Part shown: positions 49,387 to 59,133 of the stretch, in pieces
Position numbering within the stretch: the first letter of the stretch is position 1
How the letters are laid out: each line of letters opens with the position of its first letter
Source of the DNA: Candidatus Binatia bacterium
GTDB taxonomy: Bacteria; Desulfobacterota; Binatia; UBA9968
Assembly (NCBI GenBank): GCA_046757725.1
Contig: JBHHYU010000004.1
Span: forward strand, 3,312 to 67,311
DNA length: 64,000 nt
Direction: 5' to 3'
The notes under the pieces: model-generated
The model's database searches: none
What the model was told of the DNA's origin: nothing
The model's input: the letters and a program-made list of their open reading frames with translations, nothing else
Translations under genes and position numbers: made by a program

Positions 49387-50952
49387 TTACAACGGCCGCT
49401 CCCTTAGATCACGGACGACATTTTGTAGGTCCACCGGTGGTAGTCCTGCACATTGCTTCATGACTGCGCTTCGGTTGGTTTTACCCCGTGAGGACCGTGG
49501 GATGGAATCCATCAAATACCACCGGACTGGGATCTTGAATTCTGCCAGGTGGCTTTTCATCCACCAATAGAGTTCCCGGATCGTTGTGGTCTCCGTGTCT
49601 TTGAGTACGACTGCCATTCCGACGTTCTGACCGCATAGCTGGTCATCAAACCCGAACGTACAGACATCTACTGTTCGCTCAAATTGCTCCGCCACCGCGT
49701 CGATATCGGCGGGATATATTTTAATGCCACTCTTGTTAATCTCTTCCCGTTCTCTCCCCTTCAGGAAAAAGACCCCGTGCTCGTCGAAAACTCCGATGTC
49801 TCCGGTTAGAAACCAACCCTTACGAATCACTTGGCCCGTCAAATGGTCCTGGTTGAGATAACCCCTCATCAAGGCAGGCGTGTTGATCCAAACATAGCCG
49901 GACTTACCAGGCGCGCATTCCATACCCGGATCCCACAAAGTGGACGTGTCGCAGGTTTTCAGAATTTTTATCACAGCCCCCCAGGGCTTGCCCACCAACC
50001 CGTCCATGGGGGTGAAATCGGCCAACGTAGTCCCGGCCACCCAGCTAGCGGTCTCGGTAATCCCATAGGCGTTGAAGACAGCTTTTGTAGAAGCCCAGGA
50101 TTGAATCTCTTGCCACAAGTGGGCGGACAGGGGGGCGGATCCACAGTGGACACGTTCCAATGTTTGGGCCTTCGGTGACCGGCTCGTCTTGAGTGCAAGT
50201 TGCCAGAGCGATGGCACGGATGACAGAAAAGTGATCTTGTGCTCGTCAATGAGTGATCCCAAACGCATGATCAGTTCAGGGTGGTAGGGCGGAGCGATAA
50301 AAAGGTCCTGCCCAAAGAGCCAAGGGAAGAGACAATTGCAAATCAGGCCGTGGCCGAAATGGGTCGGAAGTAAACAGAGGGTGCGGCGATAGGAAGACAG
50401 CCCGAGACTCTCGCGCAATGCCAACCAGCGGGCCCGGAGAGAACCGTGTGTGTGAACAACGCCCTTGGGAGTTCCCGTAGAGCCTGAGGTAAACAGTATC
50501 AGGGCATCGTCCTCTAATTTCGCGGGGCTTTCCACAAAATTGCTGTCCGGTACGGCTCCCGCATCGGTCTCGACATCCAGAGTGTTCATGACCCTGACGC
50601 TCCCGGAAGAGACGCCTTCGATAGTCGATGGGTCCGTTTTCTCATCTATGATGGAAAAACGTGGATCCGCTGCCCGTGCCAGGGTCAGGACTTCAAAGGC
50701 CGTCAGGCGGCCATCCACGGGTATGGCCACGGCGCCGAGTTTCCAAATGGCTAGGAGATCGGCGAAAAACTCTAATCGGTTGCCAAAATGAAGAAAGACT
50801 CGGTCCCCGGCAGCCATGCCTTCATAACGATAGCGCCGGATACGCCCAGCCACCTGGCGGAATATTTCCCCTGGATGCCAGCGGTTCCCGCTAACGACTT
50901 CGATGAGACTGCCGACCTCCAAGTCAAAAAACATGCCGAGTTGCCCTTTCAA
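49387..50952 (-). CDS. Class I adenylate-forming enzyme
   Basis: FTSGSTGTPKG, YGITET, TGDIG, PRSSRGK. Confidence 0.9.
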   Translation of the reverse strand: MKGQLGMFFDLEVGSLIEVVSGNRWHPGEIFRQVAGRIRRYRYEGMAAGDRVFLHFGNRLEFFADLLAIWKLGAVAIPVDGRLTAFEVLTLARAADPRFSIIDEKTDPSTIEGVSSGSVRVMNTLDVETDAGAVPDSNFVESPAKLEDDALILFTSGSTGTPKGVVHTHGSLRARWLALRESLGLSSYRRTLCLLPTHFGHGLICNCLFPWLFGQDLFIAPPYHPELIMRLGSLIDEHKITFLSSVPSLWQLALKTSRSPKAQTLERVHCGSAPLSAHLWQEIQSWASTKAVFNAYGITETASWVAGTTLADFTPMDGLVGKPWGAVIKILKTCDTSTLWDPGMECAPGKSGYVWINTPALMRGYLNQDHLTGQVIRKGWFLTGDIGVFDEHGVFFLKGREREEINKSGIKIYPADIDAVAEQFERTVDVCTFGFDDQLCGQNVGMAVVLKDTETTTIRELYWWMKSHLAEFKIPVRWYLMDSIPRSSRGKTNRSAVMKQCAGLPPVDLQNVVRDLRERPL

Positions 50953-51125
50953 TGGTGAGCATAGTATTACCTATGACCTCAGGGGGAAGCAAGATAAAGA
51001 ATCTACCTACTTATCTGGAACCGCAAGCTTGAGCTTTCAGGCGCGTGGAAAAGTTGAGCCTAAGAAAAAGGTGATTGATTTGGGAATATGTGGTAAGCGA
51101 TAGCAGTTGCGATTCCAATAGGCTC

Positions 51126-51818
51126 ATGGTCGATATCTCAGCAAACTATCGAACGGTCGTAGAAAATATCCGTGCGGCAGCGAAGCGTTCCGGGAGAGAT
51201 CCGACTAAGGTCAAAGTGCTCGCTGCCTCTAAATCTCAAGGAATATCCGAGGTGCGTGCTGCAGTAGAGGCAGGAATCCGGCTCTTTGGTGAAAATTATG
51301 TCCAGGAGGCTGTAGCCAAAAAGGAAGCCCTTGACCAGGCCCTAGAATGGCATATGATCGGTCACCTCCAGCGCAACAAGGTCAAGACAGCCGTGGATCT
51401 CTTTGACCTGATCCAATCTTTAGACGGCTTAGAGCTTGCCAGGGAGTTGGACAAGGAAGCTCATAAGAGAGGGCGTGTGGTCCGGGCTTTTGTTGAGGTC
51501 AATTTGGGAGGTGAAGAGACAAAGAGCGGAATTCCCAAAGACAAGGTCGCATCGCTATTGCGGGAGGTAGGTACGCTCTCACATCTCGGCATAGAAGGCT
51601 TGATGGTGATTCCCCCGTTCAGAGAGGAACCCGAATCCATGCGCCCCTACTTTCGTGCCCTAAGGGAACTGCAAACGGAGCTAAGGGAGTTGAAGATTCC
51701 GAATGTGAATCTTCAAGAGCTTTCCATGGGCATGACCCATGACTATCCGGTGGCGGTGGAAGAGGGGGCCACGTTAGTACGAATCGGAACAGCTATTTTC
51801 GGTGCAAGGAGGTCATGA
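51126..51818 (+). CDS. yggS: PLP homeostasis protein
   Basis: FGENYVQE, WHMIGHLQRNK, LSMGM, VRIGTAIFG. Confidence 0.93.
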   Translation: MVDISANYRTVVENIRAAAKRSGRDPTKVKVLAASKSQGISEVRAAVEAGIRLFGENYVQEAVAKKEALDQALEWHMIGHLQRNKVKTAVDLFDLIQSLDGLELARELDKEAHKRGRVVRAFVEVNLGGEETKSGIPKDKVASLLREVGTLSHLGIEGLMVIPPFREEPESMRPYFRALRELQTELRELKIPNVNLQELSMGMTHDYPVAVEEGATLVRIGTAIFGARRS

Positions 51819-51827
51819 ATTCAAAGG

Positions 51828-52136
51828 ATGTTTGTCTTGGCAAATCTTTTGACAGCCGTCGCTCAGGTGTTGGATTATATCTTGTGGGCGTACATGTGGA
51901 TCATCATTGCCCGGGCACTGATTTCCTGGGTGAATCCCGATCCATACAACCCCATCGTGAGCTTTCTCAACAACGCTACGGAGCCGGTCCTTTCACGGGT
52001 ACGTCGGTCCTTCCCCTTTTTTGCTGGAGGTATTGATTTCTCTCCCCTTATTGTTTTTATGGTCATCATTTTTCTTCAGGCATTTCTAGTTCGCTCGCTC
52101 TTTGACCTGGCGCGATCACTGCGTTTTGCGGGATAG
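51828..52136 (+). CDS. yggT: YggT family membrane protein
   Basis: SWVNPDPYNP..TEP, IDFSP. Confidence 0.9.
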   Translation: MFVLANLLTAVAQVLDYILWAYMWIIIARALISWVNPDPYNPIVSFLNNATEPVLSRVRRSFPFFAGGIDFSPLIVFMVIIFLQAFLVRSLFDLARSLRFAG

Positions 52137-52225
52137 ATGAGGGACTACAATGCCTAAGGGCAAGCGGGAGGTTGCAGCAAGCCATGTAGGTGTGAAAACA
52201 ATTGGAAACGAGGAGGTCCTTATCT

Positions 52226-53638
52226 ATGAAGTTATTTATGGAAGGGGCATGGGTCGAGAAGTCAAGAAAAATTGAAGTCCGAAACCCTTATGATAACTCA
52301 GTGATCGACACGGTCCCGAAGGCTGATAGGGGCGACGTAGATCGGGCCCTAAACTTTGCAGAGCGTGGGGCAAAGGTCATGGCGAAACTCCCCGGCTATG
52401 ACCGCTGGCGGATTCTGAGAAAGGCTGCTGACCTTATGGCTTCTCGCAACGAGGAACTGGGGCGTCTTATCTCGGCGGAGGAGGGAAAGGTTATTGCAGA
52501 GGGTCGGGGAGAAGCGGGCCGTGCCGTGGAGACCCTAATGGGCTCAGCGGAGGAAGCGAAGCGCATTCATGGAGAAACGGTCCCGTTAGATGGAGACCCG
52601 GGTGGTCATAGAAAACTCGGGTTTACTCTGCGTGTTCCCTGTGGCGTGGTCGTGGCCATCAGTCCTTTTAACTTTCCGCTTAATCTGGTCTGCCATAAAG
52701 TCGGCCCCGCCCTAGCTGCAGGTAACTCGGTGATCATCAAACCGGCCACGGATACGCCTCTTTCGGCGCTAAGGCTCACGGAGATTCTCCTGGAAGCCGG
52801 GCTTCCACCGGAGGGGGTGCAGTGTCTAACAGGTTCCGGGGGGGAAATCGGAGATACCCTCATCTCCGACCGCCGAGTGCGTAAAATTACCTTCACCGGA
52901 AGTCGGGACGTGGGAGAACGAATCTGCCGTCTCGCTGGAATTAAAAAGGTTACCATGGAACTGGGATCCAACTGTCCCTTGATTGTTATGTCGGATGCGG
53001 ACTTGGATAAAGTGGCGGCAGCTGTGGTCACCACCGGGTACGCCAATGCGGGTCAGGTGTGCATCTCCACCCAACGAGTGCTGACCTCCCGCAAGGTATA
53101 TAACGATTTTCTGAGTGTATTGATTCCGAAGGTGCAAGCCCTTACCACGGGCAGCCAGCTTGATGAAAAGACTAAGGTCGGTCCTATGATACGGGAGGAT
53201 GACGCGGTCCGTATCCAGCAATGGGTGCAAGAGTCCGTCGGTGGGGGTGCGCGGCTTGTGGTGGGGGGCAAAAGGCAAAATGCGGTCTATGCTCCTACGG
53301 TGGTAGCTGATGTGAAACCTGAGATGCGGATCTCCCGTGACGAAATGTTCGGCCCGGCAGTTGCCGTCACGCCCTTTAATTCCATGGATGAAGCGATTGC
53401 ACTCGCGAATCAAACCGTTTATGGTCTATCCGCTGGTGTTTTCACTGAGAACCTGGGTTGGGCCATGAGGTTTGCTCGCGAGGTGGAGTCGGGTAACCTA
53501 AACGTGAACTGGGGCCCCCAATGGCGAGCCGACCTTATGCCCTATGGAGGGCTCAAGGAGTCGGGGTTTGGAAAAGAGGGACCACGTTACGCCGTGGAAG
53601 AAATGACCGAGCTTAAAATGGTCGTTTTTCATCTGTAG
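52226..53638 (+). CDS. Aldehyde dehydrogenase
   Basis: PFNFP, FTGS, MELG, GQVC, EMFGP. Confidence 0.92.
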   Translation: MKLFMEGAWVEKSRKIEVRNPYDNSVIDTVPKADRGDVDRALNFAERGAKVMAKLPGYDRWRILRKAADLMASRNEELGRLISAEEGKVIAEGRGEAGRAVETLMGSAEEAKRIHGETVPLDGDPGGHRKLGFTLRVPCGVVVAISPFNFPLNLVCHKVGPALAAGNSVIIKPATDTPLSALRLTEILLEAGLPPEGVQCLTGSGGEIGDTLISDRRVRKITFTGSRDVGERICRLAGIKKVTMELGSNCPLIVMSDADLDKVAAAVVTTGYANAGQVCISTQRVLTSRKVYNDFLSVLIPKVQALTTGSQLDEKTKVGPMIREDDAVRIQQWVQESVGGGARLVVGGKRQNAVYAPTVVADVKPEMRISRDEMFGPAVAVTPFNSMDEAIALANQTVYGLSAGVFTENLGWAMRFAREVESGNLNVNWGPQWRADLMPYGGLKESGFGKEGPRYAVEEMTELKMVVFHL

Positions 53639-53760
53639 TAGAGAAGAAGGCTCGCTAAAAGAATAGAGAAAAACTTCGGAGGCAATTGAAGCGTTCATGA
53701 AGGAGGTAGAGTTAGTCTTCGTCAACATGAGAACCTATTGATATGAAAGGAGGGCAAATT

Positions 53761-54942
53761 ATGGTCGAGAAAAAGGAACATGCGCAACCGGAGGGCCAAA
53801 AGGTCTCCCGGAGAAGGTTTCTGAGGACGGCGGCGGTTGCGGGTAGTGCGACGGTTGCAGCCGGCTTGCTAGCCAGCTGTGAGAAGGCCAAGGAAAAACC
53901 CAAGGAAAAACCCAAGGCACCGAGTGTCCCGAAGGCCAAGACCATAACGTGGAGGATCCAGACCTCTTGGCCTGGGGGCATTGGGCTGAAAATTTTCAAA
54001 GACTGGTGCAACACTATCGTTGAAAAAACAGGAGGTGAGCTCGCTTTCAAGCCCTTTGGTGCCAAGGAGGTTGTCGGTGAATTTCAGTTATTCGACGCTG
54101 TGAAGCAGGGTGTGATCGAGGCCATGAACCCATTCACCCTCTACTGGGCGGGGCGAATGCCTGCCGCCGTTTTCTTGAGTTCCTATCCGCTGGGCCTGCG
54201 GTACCCGCATGAGTGGGACGTGTTCTACTATGCCCTTGGAGGCCGTGAGATTGCCCGCAAGCTGTTTGCGAAATTTGACATGTACTATGTGAACCACATA
54301 CAGCACGGCCCGAACATCATCCACTCCAAAGTGCCGATCCGCTCTATCGAGGACTTCAAGGGTCGCAAGATGCGTCTGCCCGGCGGCATTGTGGCTCAGC
54401 TCTTTCAGGATGCGGGCGCCAAGACCACGCTTCTGCCGGGTTCGGAGATCTTCCCTGCGTTGGAGAAGGGCACCATCGACGTGGCGGACTACGTGGGTCC
54501 GGCAATCAACTACGCCCTGGGCTTTCAGCAAGTGACGAAGTACATCTCCATGGGCCCGCCGGGCTTCATGTCGATTTACCAGCCGGTCGACTTGATGGAC
54601 CTTACCGTCGGCATGAAGGCATGGAACGCGCTTTCGCCCAAGATGAAACAGTTTGTCGAGGATGAGGTGCAGATCTACTCCAACATTCACCATGCGGGTA
54701 TCCAGAAGGCCGACCAGGAGGCCTGGAAGAAGTTCAAAGAAGCAGGGACCGTTGTTACCCGTCTTAATGCAGATGACGTCGAAAAGTTCACTAAGCTGGC
54801 GGTACCCCGTTGGTTTGAGTGGGCGAACAAGGACAAGGATGCCGCCCGAATCTTCAAGATCCAGCTCGACTATATGATGTCGGGTAGCCTCGGGTACGTG
54901 ACTCCGGACACGATCAAGGGTCAGAGTCTTAAGTGGTCGTGA
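53761..54942 (+). CDS. TRAP transporter substrate-binding protein DctP (Tat lipoprotein; lactate/glycolate-binding type)
   Basis: SRRRFL and LLASC; WRIQTSW, KMRLPG, ALEKGTIDVAD. Confidence 0.88.
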   Translation: MVEKKEHAQPEGQKVSRRRFLRTAAVAGSATVAAGLLASCEKAKEKPKEKPKAPSVPKAKTITWRIQTSWPGGIGLKIFKDWCNTIVEKTGGELAFKPFGAKEVVGEFQLFDAVKQGVIEAMNPFTLYWAGRMPAAVFLSSYPLGLRYPHEWDVFYYALGGREIARKLFAKFDMYYVNHIQHGPNIIHSKVPIRSIEDFKGRKMRLPGGIVAQLFQDAGAKTTLLPGSEIFPALEKGTIDVADYVGPAINYALGFQQVTKYISMGPPGFMSIYQPVDLMDLTVGMKAWNALSPKMKQFVEDEVQIYSNIHHAGIQKADQEAWKKFKEAGTVVTRLNADDVEKFTKLAVPRWFEWANKDKDAARIFKIQLDYMMSGSLGYVTPDTIKGQSLKWS

Positions 54943-54983
54943 TGCCGGATCGAGCTGTTCCTTCGCGGTGACTACGATATAAA

Positions 54984-55023
54984 GCGGGACCGGGCCGCTG
55001 CATAAGCAGTGGGCTGGTCCCGC
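54984..55023 (+). other. Stable intercistronic hairpin after the substrate-binding protein gene
   Basis: GCGGGACC..CTGC-ATAA-GCAG..GGTCCCGC; no U-tract. Confidence 0.5.
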
Positions 55024-55070
55024 CCGGCTTATGAAAGGTTGTTCCTTTTGAAAGGACGAGACGTACCCCT

Positions 55071-56195
55071 ATGCCAAGCCTGACGTTTGTCCTGCCTCAC
55101 TGGCTGTACTGGTTGGGACTGATCTTGATCCCGTTGTTTGCTATGTATACTGTGCGGCGGCAAACAAAGACGGGGGCACCTCCCAGCGGTCTGTCCCTGG
55201 GAATTGGCTATATGCTCTGGGTGACGGGGGGCTTCCTAGGCCTTCACCGCTTTTATCTGCGTAGCGCCGTCGGGGCGATCTACATTCCGCTCTTCATTCT
55301 GATTCTCTATGGTAACGTGCAGGGTACGAAGGCCCGAGACGGAGTCTCACAGGCTAGCAATGCGGTGATCGGGGCCAGGTTCGAAGTTGACCGGGCAAAG
55401 GCCGCCGTGACCAAAAACATTGGCGGTGGTGACAGGAAGCTTGCCGGGGCGCAGGATGCCCTTATTGCCGCCAACGATCAAATGGCTGTCGCCAATGCAA
55501 ACTTCCATTTCTGGCACGCCTTTTCCGGGACCTCCGCCCTGGTCATTGGAGCCCTGCTGTTGGTCGACGCCTTCTTGCTTCCGGGGCTTGTCCGCCGCTG
55601 TGCCGAGCGCGAGACTTCCGCGCCGTCGCCGAAGCCTGCGACTTCCCGTCCGGTTACCCAGGAGACGGGCAGCATCAAAGGTTCGAACCGGACCGTGGTA
55701 GCGTGGTTCACAAACAGCGTCGATGGGCTCAATGGGTGGATCGGACACTTCGTATGTTTTTGGTCGTTGATCGCCGCTTTCGTCTATTACTATGAGGTCC
55801 TTGCCCGCTACGTTTTCAACTCACCCACGAACTGGGCCCATGAGGGCATGTTCCTGATGTTCGGCATGCAGTACCTGATCGCAGGTGCTTTCACGTTGCG
55901 TGAGCACGGTCACGTTCGAGTCGATGTTATCTACCGCCTACTGCCACAGCGAGCCAGGGCGGTCGTCGATATCCTGACTTCGGTCTTCTTCTTCCTTTTC
56001 ACCGGGGCCCTCCTGTGGACCGGTTGGAACTTTATGATGGACTCTATCAACGTGTGGGAGGTCTCCTTCACCGAGTGGGCGATCCAGTATTGGCCCGTGA
56101 AGAGTACCATGGTGATTGGGGCTTTACTCATTATCATGCAGGGGTTTGTAAAACTGACTAGGGATATCCTGAACCTGGTGGGGAGAGAGGTCTAG
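55071..56195 (+). CDS. TRAP small permease DctQ with N-terminal TM2-domain extension
   Basis: LW..GG.LGLHRFYL; EVLARYVFNSPTNWAHE, HVRVD. Confidence 0.85.
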   Translation: MPSLTFVLPHWLYWLGLILIPLFAMYTVRRQTKTGAPPSGLSLGIGYMLWVTGGFLGLHRFYLRSAVGAIYIPLFILILYGNVQGTKARDGVSQASNAVIGARFEVDRAKAAVTKNIGGGDRKLAGAQDALIAANDQMAVANANFHFWHAFSGTSALVIGALLLVDAFLLPGLVRRCAERETSAPSPKPATSRPVTQETGSIKGSNRTVVAWFTNSVDGLNGWIGHFVCFWSLIAAFVYYYEVLARYVFNSPTNWAHEGMFLMFGMQYLIAGAFTLREHGHVRVDVIYRLLPQRARAVVDILTSVFFFLFTGALLWTGWNFMMDSINVWEVSFTEWAIQYWPVKSTMVIGALLIIMQGFVKLTRDILNLVGREV

Positions 56196-56198
56196 CAC

Positions 56199-57566
56199 GT
56201 GGGCTTGGAGATTAGCATAGAGTGGCTCACCTTCCTCTTGTTCGGTTCTCTGGTGATCCTGCTGATGGCCGGGCTGCCGCTGGCGTTTGTGACGGGTGGG
56301 CTCGGGGTCCTCTTCCTGTATCTATTCGGCAACGTAGACATGCTCAACATCCTCCCGTCACGTATCTTCCCGTTCATGACGGATTATCAGCTTTCGGCTA
56401 TCCCCCTGTTCATCTTTATGGCTGCAATGCTCGAGCGTGCCGGGGTGATTGAAGAGCTATTCGACCTGGTCTACAAGGTCCTGGGGGGCATCCGAGGAAG
56501 CCTGGCCTCAGCCACGATCATCGCTTCGACTATCCTCGCCGCAATGGTCGGGGTGATCGGGGCTACCGAGGTGACAATGGGGATCATTGCACTACCGGCT
56601 ATGCTTAAGCGCAATTACAACCCCGAGCTCGCTTGCGGTTCTATCCTTGCCGGTGGCACTCTCGGAATCCTCATCCCGCCGTCGATCCTGGCCATCATTT
56701 TTGCCGTGGTGGCCCAGCAGTCGGTGGGAGAGCTTTTCATCGGTGCGGTCTTCCCGGGTCTCTTGCTATCCGGCATGTACATTTTTTACGTGACCATCCG
56801 CTGCTATGTGAACCCGTCCATGGGTCCTGCGGTGTTGCCAGAGGAGCGATTGGGCTGGCGCGAAAAAGTCCGGCTTCTACCGGGGATTGCCGCTCCAGTT
56901 TCACTGATCGTGCTGGTACTGGGAGTCATCTTCAGCGGCGTGGCTACACCTGTCGAGGCGGCGGGCATCGGCACCTTTGGCGCTCTGTTTGTTGCCTCCC
57001 TGCACCGGAAGCTGAGCTGGCAGACCATCCAGGATGCCGCGCTTACGACCCTTAAGGCCTCGGCGATGGTCCTATGGATTATCTTCGGGGCGAGCATTTT
57101 CGTTGGTTTTTACATTGTCCAAGGCGGCCAACAGTTTGTTGTCGATACCCTCGTCGGCACGGGGCTCGGTTCCTACGGTATCCTCCTGATCATGAATGTT
57201 GTTCTGGTCGTACTCGGGATGTTTGTAGATTGGGTCGGGATCTTATTCCTGGCGGTGCCCATTTTCGTTCCGTTAATGAAAACACTTCCCTGGGACGGGA
57301 TTTTCGGCCTTCCCGGAGTGGCTCCGAAAGATGTATCGCTCTGGTTCGGCGTCGTCTACATGGTTAACATGCAGATGTCGTTCCTGAGCCCGCCGTTCGG
57401 TTATGCCCTGTTTTACCTCAAGAGCGTGGCCCCGCCCCACATTACCATAGGAACCATCTTCCGCTCGGCACTCCCTTTTTTGTTGATCCAGGCGTTTGGG
57501 CTTTTTGTCTGCGTGCTCTTCCCTGAGATTATCCTCTGGTTGCCGCGAATCGTTTACGGTCGGTGA
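56199..57566 (+). CDS. TRAP large permease DctM
   Basis: AIPLFIFM, GTLGILIPPS, ATPVEAA, SPPFG. Confidence 0.92.
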   Translation: MGLEISIEWLTFLLFGSLVILLMAGLPLAFVTGGLGVLFLYLFGNVDMLNILPSRIFPFMTDYQLSAIPLFIFMAAMLERAGVIEELFDLVYKVLGGIRGSLASATIIASTILAAMVGVIGATEVTMGIIALPAMLKRNYNPELACGSILAGGTLGILIPPSILAIIFAVVAQQSVGELFIGAVFPGLLLSGMYIFYVTIRCYVNPSMGPAVLPEERLGWREKVRLLPGIAAPVSLIVLVLGVIFSGVATPVEAAGIGTFGALFVASLHRKLSWQTIQDAALTTLKASAMVLWIIFGASIFVGFYIVQGGQQFVVDTLVGTGLGSYGILLIMNVVLVVLGMFVDWVGILFLAVPIFVPLMKTLPWDGIFGLPGVAPKDVSLWFGVVYMVNMQMSFLSPPFGYALFYLKSVAPPHITIGTIFRSALPFLLIQAFGLFVCVLFPEIILWLPRIVYGR

Positions 57567-57672
57567 GTAAGTCGGAGGGGGCTTGGTAGCCGGGAGATCA
57601 TCGGCATGAGGATTATCCAAACCGTAATTGCCGACATGTCTGTAGAGAAATCCCGATAGCAGGTTTTAGCCC

Positions 57673-59124
57673 GTGAAGGATAAGGAGCGGATCGCAAAGG
57701 AACTGGTCGGGATCGTTGGGGCGGACGGTGTCATCGTCGATCCCGATGAGCTCAGAGTCTACGAGACGGATGGTTTGACCGTCTTTAAGGCGAAGCCGGA
57801 CATCGTCGTGCTGCCTCGCTCGGCGGAGCGAACGGCTGACGTGGTAAAGGTCTGTCACCGAAAAAAAATCCCTTTTGTCGTGAGAGGAACGGGAACAGGT
57901 CTCTCTGGGGGCGCCCTCCCATTGGACGGGGGCGTCTTGATCGGGCTCAACCGGCTCAATCAAATCCTGGAGATTGATTATGAGAACCAACGAGCCGTGG
58001 TGGAGCCCGGCATGGTGAATGTCTGGCTCTCGAACGCTCTCGCCGACACCGGCTACTACTACTCGCCTGACCCGGCCAGCCAGACAGCATGCAGCATTGG
58101 CGGGAACGTGGCAGAGAACTCCGGCGGTCCCCGTACGCCGAAGTACGGAGTCACGACAAATCATGTTCTTGGCTTGGAGGTGGTCCTCCCCCAGGGTGAG
58201 GTCGTCCAACTGGGGGGCAAGACGCTGGATACTCCAGGTTACGATCTCACGGGAATCTTCGTAGGCTCTGAAGGGACCTTTGGGATCGCCACCAGGGTCA
58301 TCGTGCGGATCATGCGCAAACCCGGGGCGGTCAAAACCTTGATGGGGGTCTTCGAGACCATTGAGGACGCTTCCAACACGGTTTCCGGAATTGTCGCACG
58401 AGGAATCATCCCTGCGGCGGTTGAGATGATGGACCGGTTGAGCATCGAAGCGGTGGAAAAGGGAGTGGCGGCAGGCTATCCCCTGGACGCAGGTGCGGTT
58501 CTCCTCATTGAACTCGACGGGCCTAAGGAAGAGGTTGAAGCATTAGTCGAACCCGTCATTGAAATCTGCCGAATTAACCATGTCCGGGAGGTGCGAGTCG
58601 CAAAAGATGATGAAGAACGTTTGCTTCTTTGGAAAGGGCGAAAGTCGGCTTTTGCTGCGATGGGACAGCTCAGCCCGGAGTACTATGTCCAGGACACTGT
58701 AATTCCTAGGACCCGGCTTCCTTCGATCATGAAATTTATCAACGAGCTATCAGAGAAATATGGCCTCCGGGTAGCCAACGTCTTTCACGCAGGTGACGGC
58801 AACCTCCATCCCCTCATGCTTTACGATTCTAGAAACGAGGGGGAGCTTCAAATAGCAGAAAAGATAGGCTCAGAAATCATTCAGGCCTGCATTGAGCAGG
58901 GTGGGAGTCTTACTGGTGAACATGGCATCGGCGTGGAGAAAAGGGATTACATGCCGCTAATGTACACCGGTGATGATCTAGGAGCGATGATGAAGATCAA
59001 GAAGGTCTTTAACCCTGATGGCCTCCTCAATCCGGGTAAGATCTTCCCGACAAATAAGCCGGACGCAGAGGCTGCACCAGAGAGGCAGAGTGACATTCTG
59101 GAAAAAGTACTCGGTCCTCCATAG
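57673..59124 (+). CDS. glcD: Glycolate oxidase FAD subunit
   Basis: RGTGTGLSGG, PDPAS, GSEGT, HAGDGNLHP, GEHGIG. Confidence 0.88.
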   Translation: MKDKERIAKELVGIVGADGVIVDPDELRVYETDGLTVFKAKPDIVVLPRSAERTADVVKVCHRKKIPFVVRGTGTGLSGGALPLDGGVLIGLNRLNQILEIDYENQRAVVEPGMVNVWLSNALADTGYYYSPDPASQTACSIGGNVAENSGGPRTPKYGVTTNHVLGLEVVLPQGEVVQLGGKTLDTPGYDLTGIFVGSEGTFGIATRVIVRIMRKPGAVKTLMGVFETIEDASNTVSGIVARGIIPAAVEMMDRLSIEAVEKGVAAGYPLDAGAVLLIELDGPKEEVEALVEPVIEICRINHVREVRVAKDDEERLLLWKGRKSAFAAMGQLSPEYYVQDTVIPRTRLPSIMKFINELSEKYGLRVANVFHAGDGNLHPLMLYDSRNEGELQIAEKIGSEIIQACIEQGGSLTGEHGIGVEKRDYMPLMYTGDDLGAMMKIKKVFNPDGLLNPGKIFPTNKPDAEAAPERQSDILEKVLGPP

Positions 59125-59133
59125 GAGGGTCCT

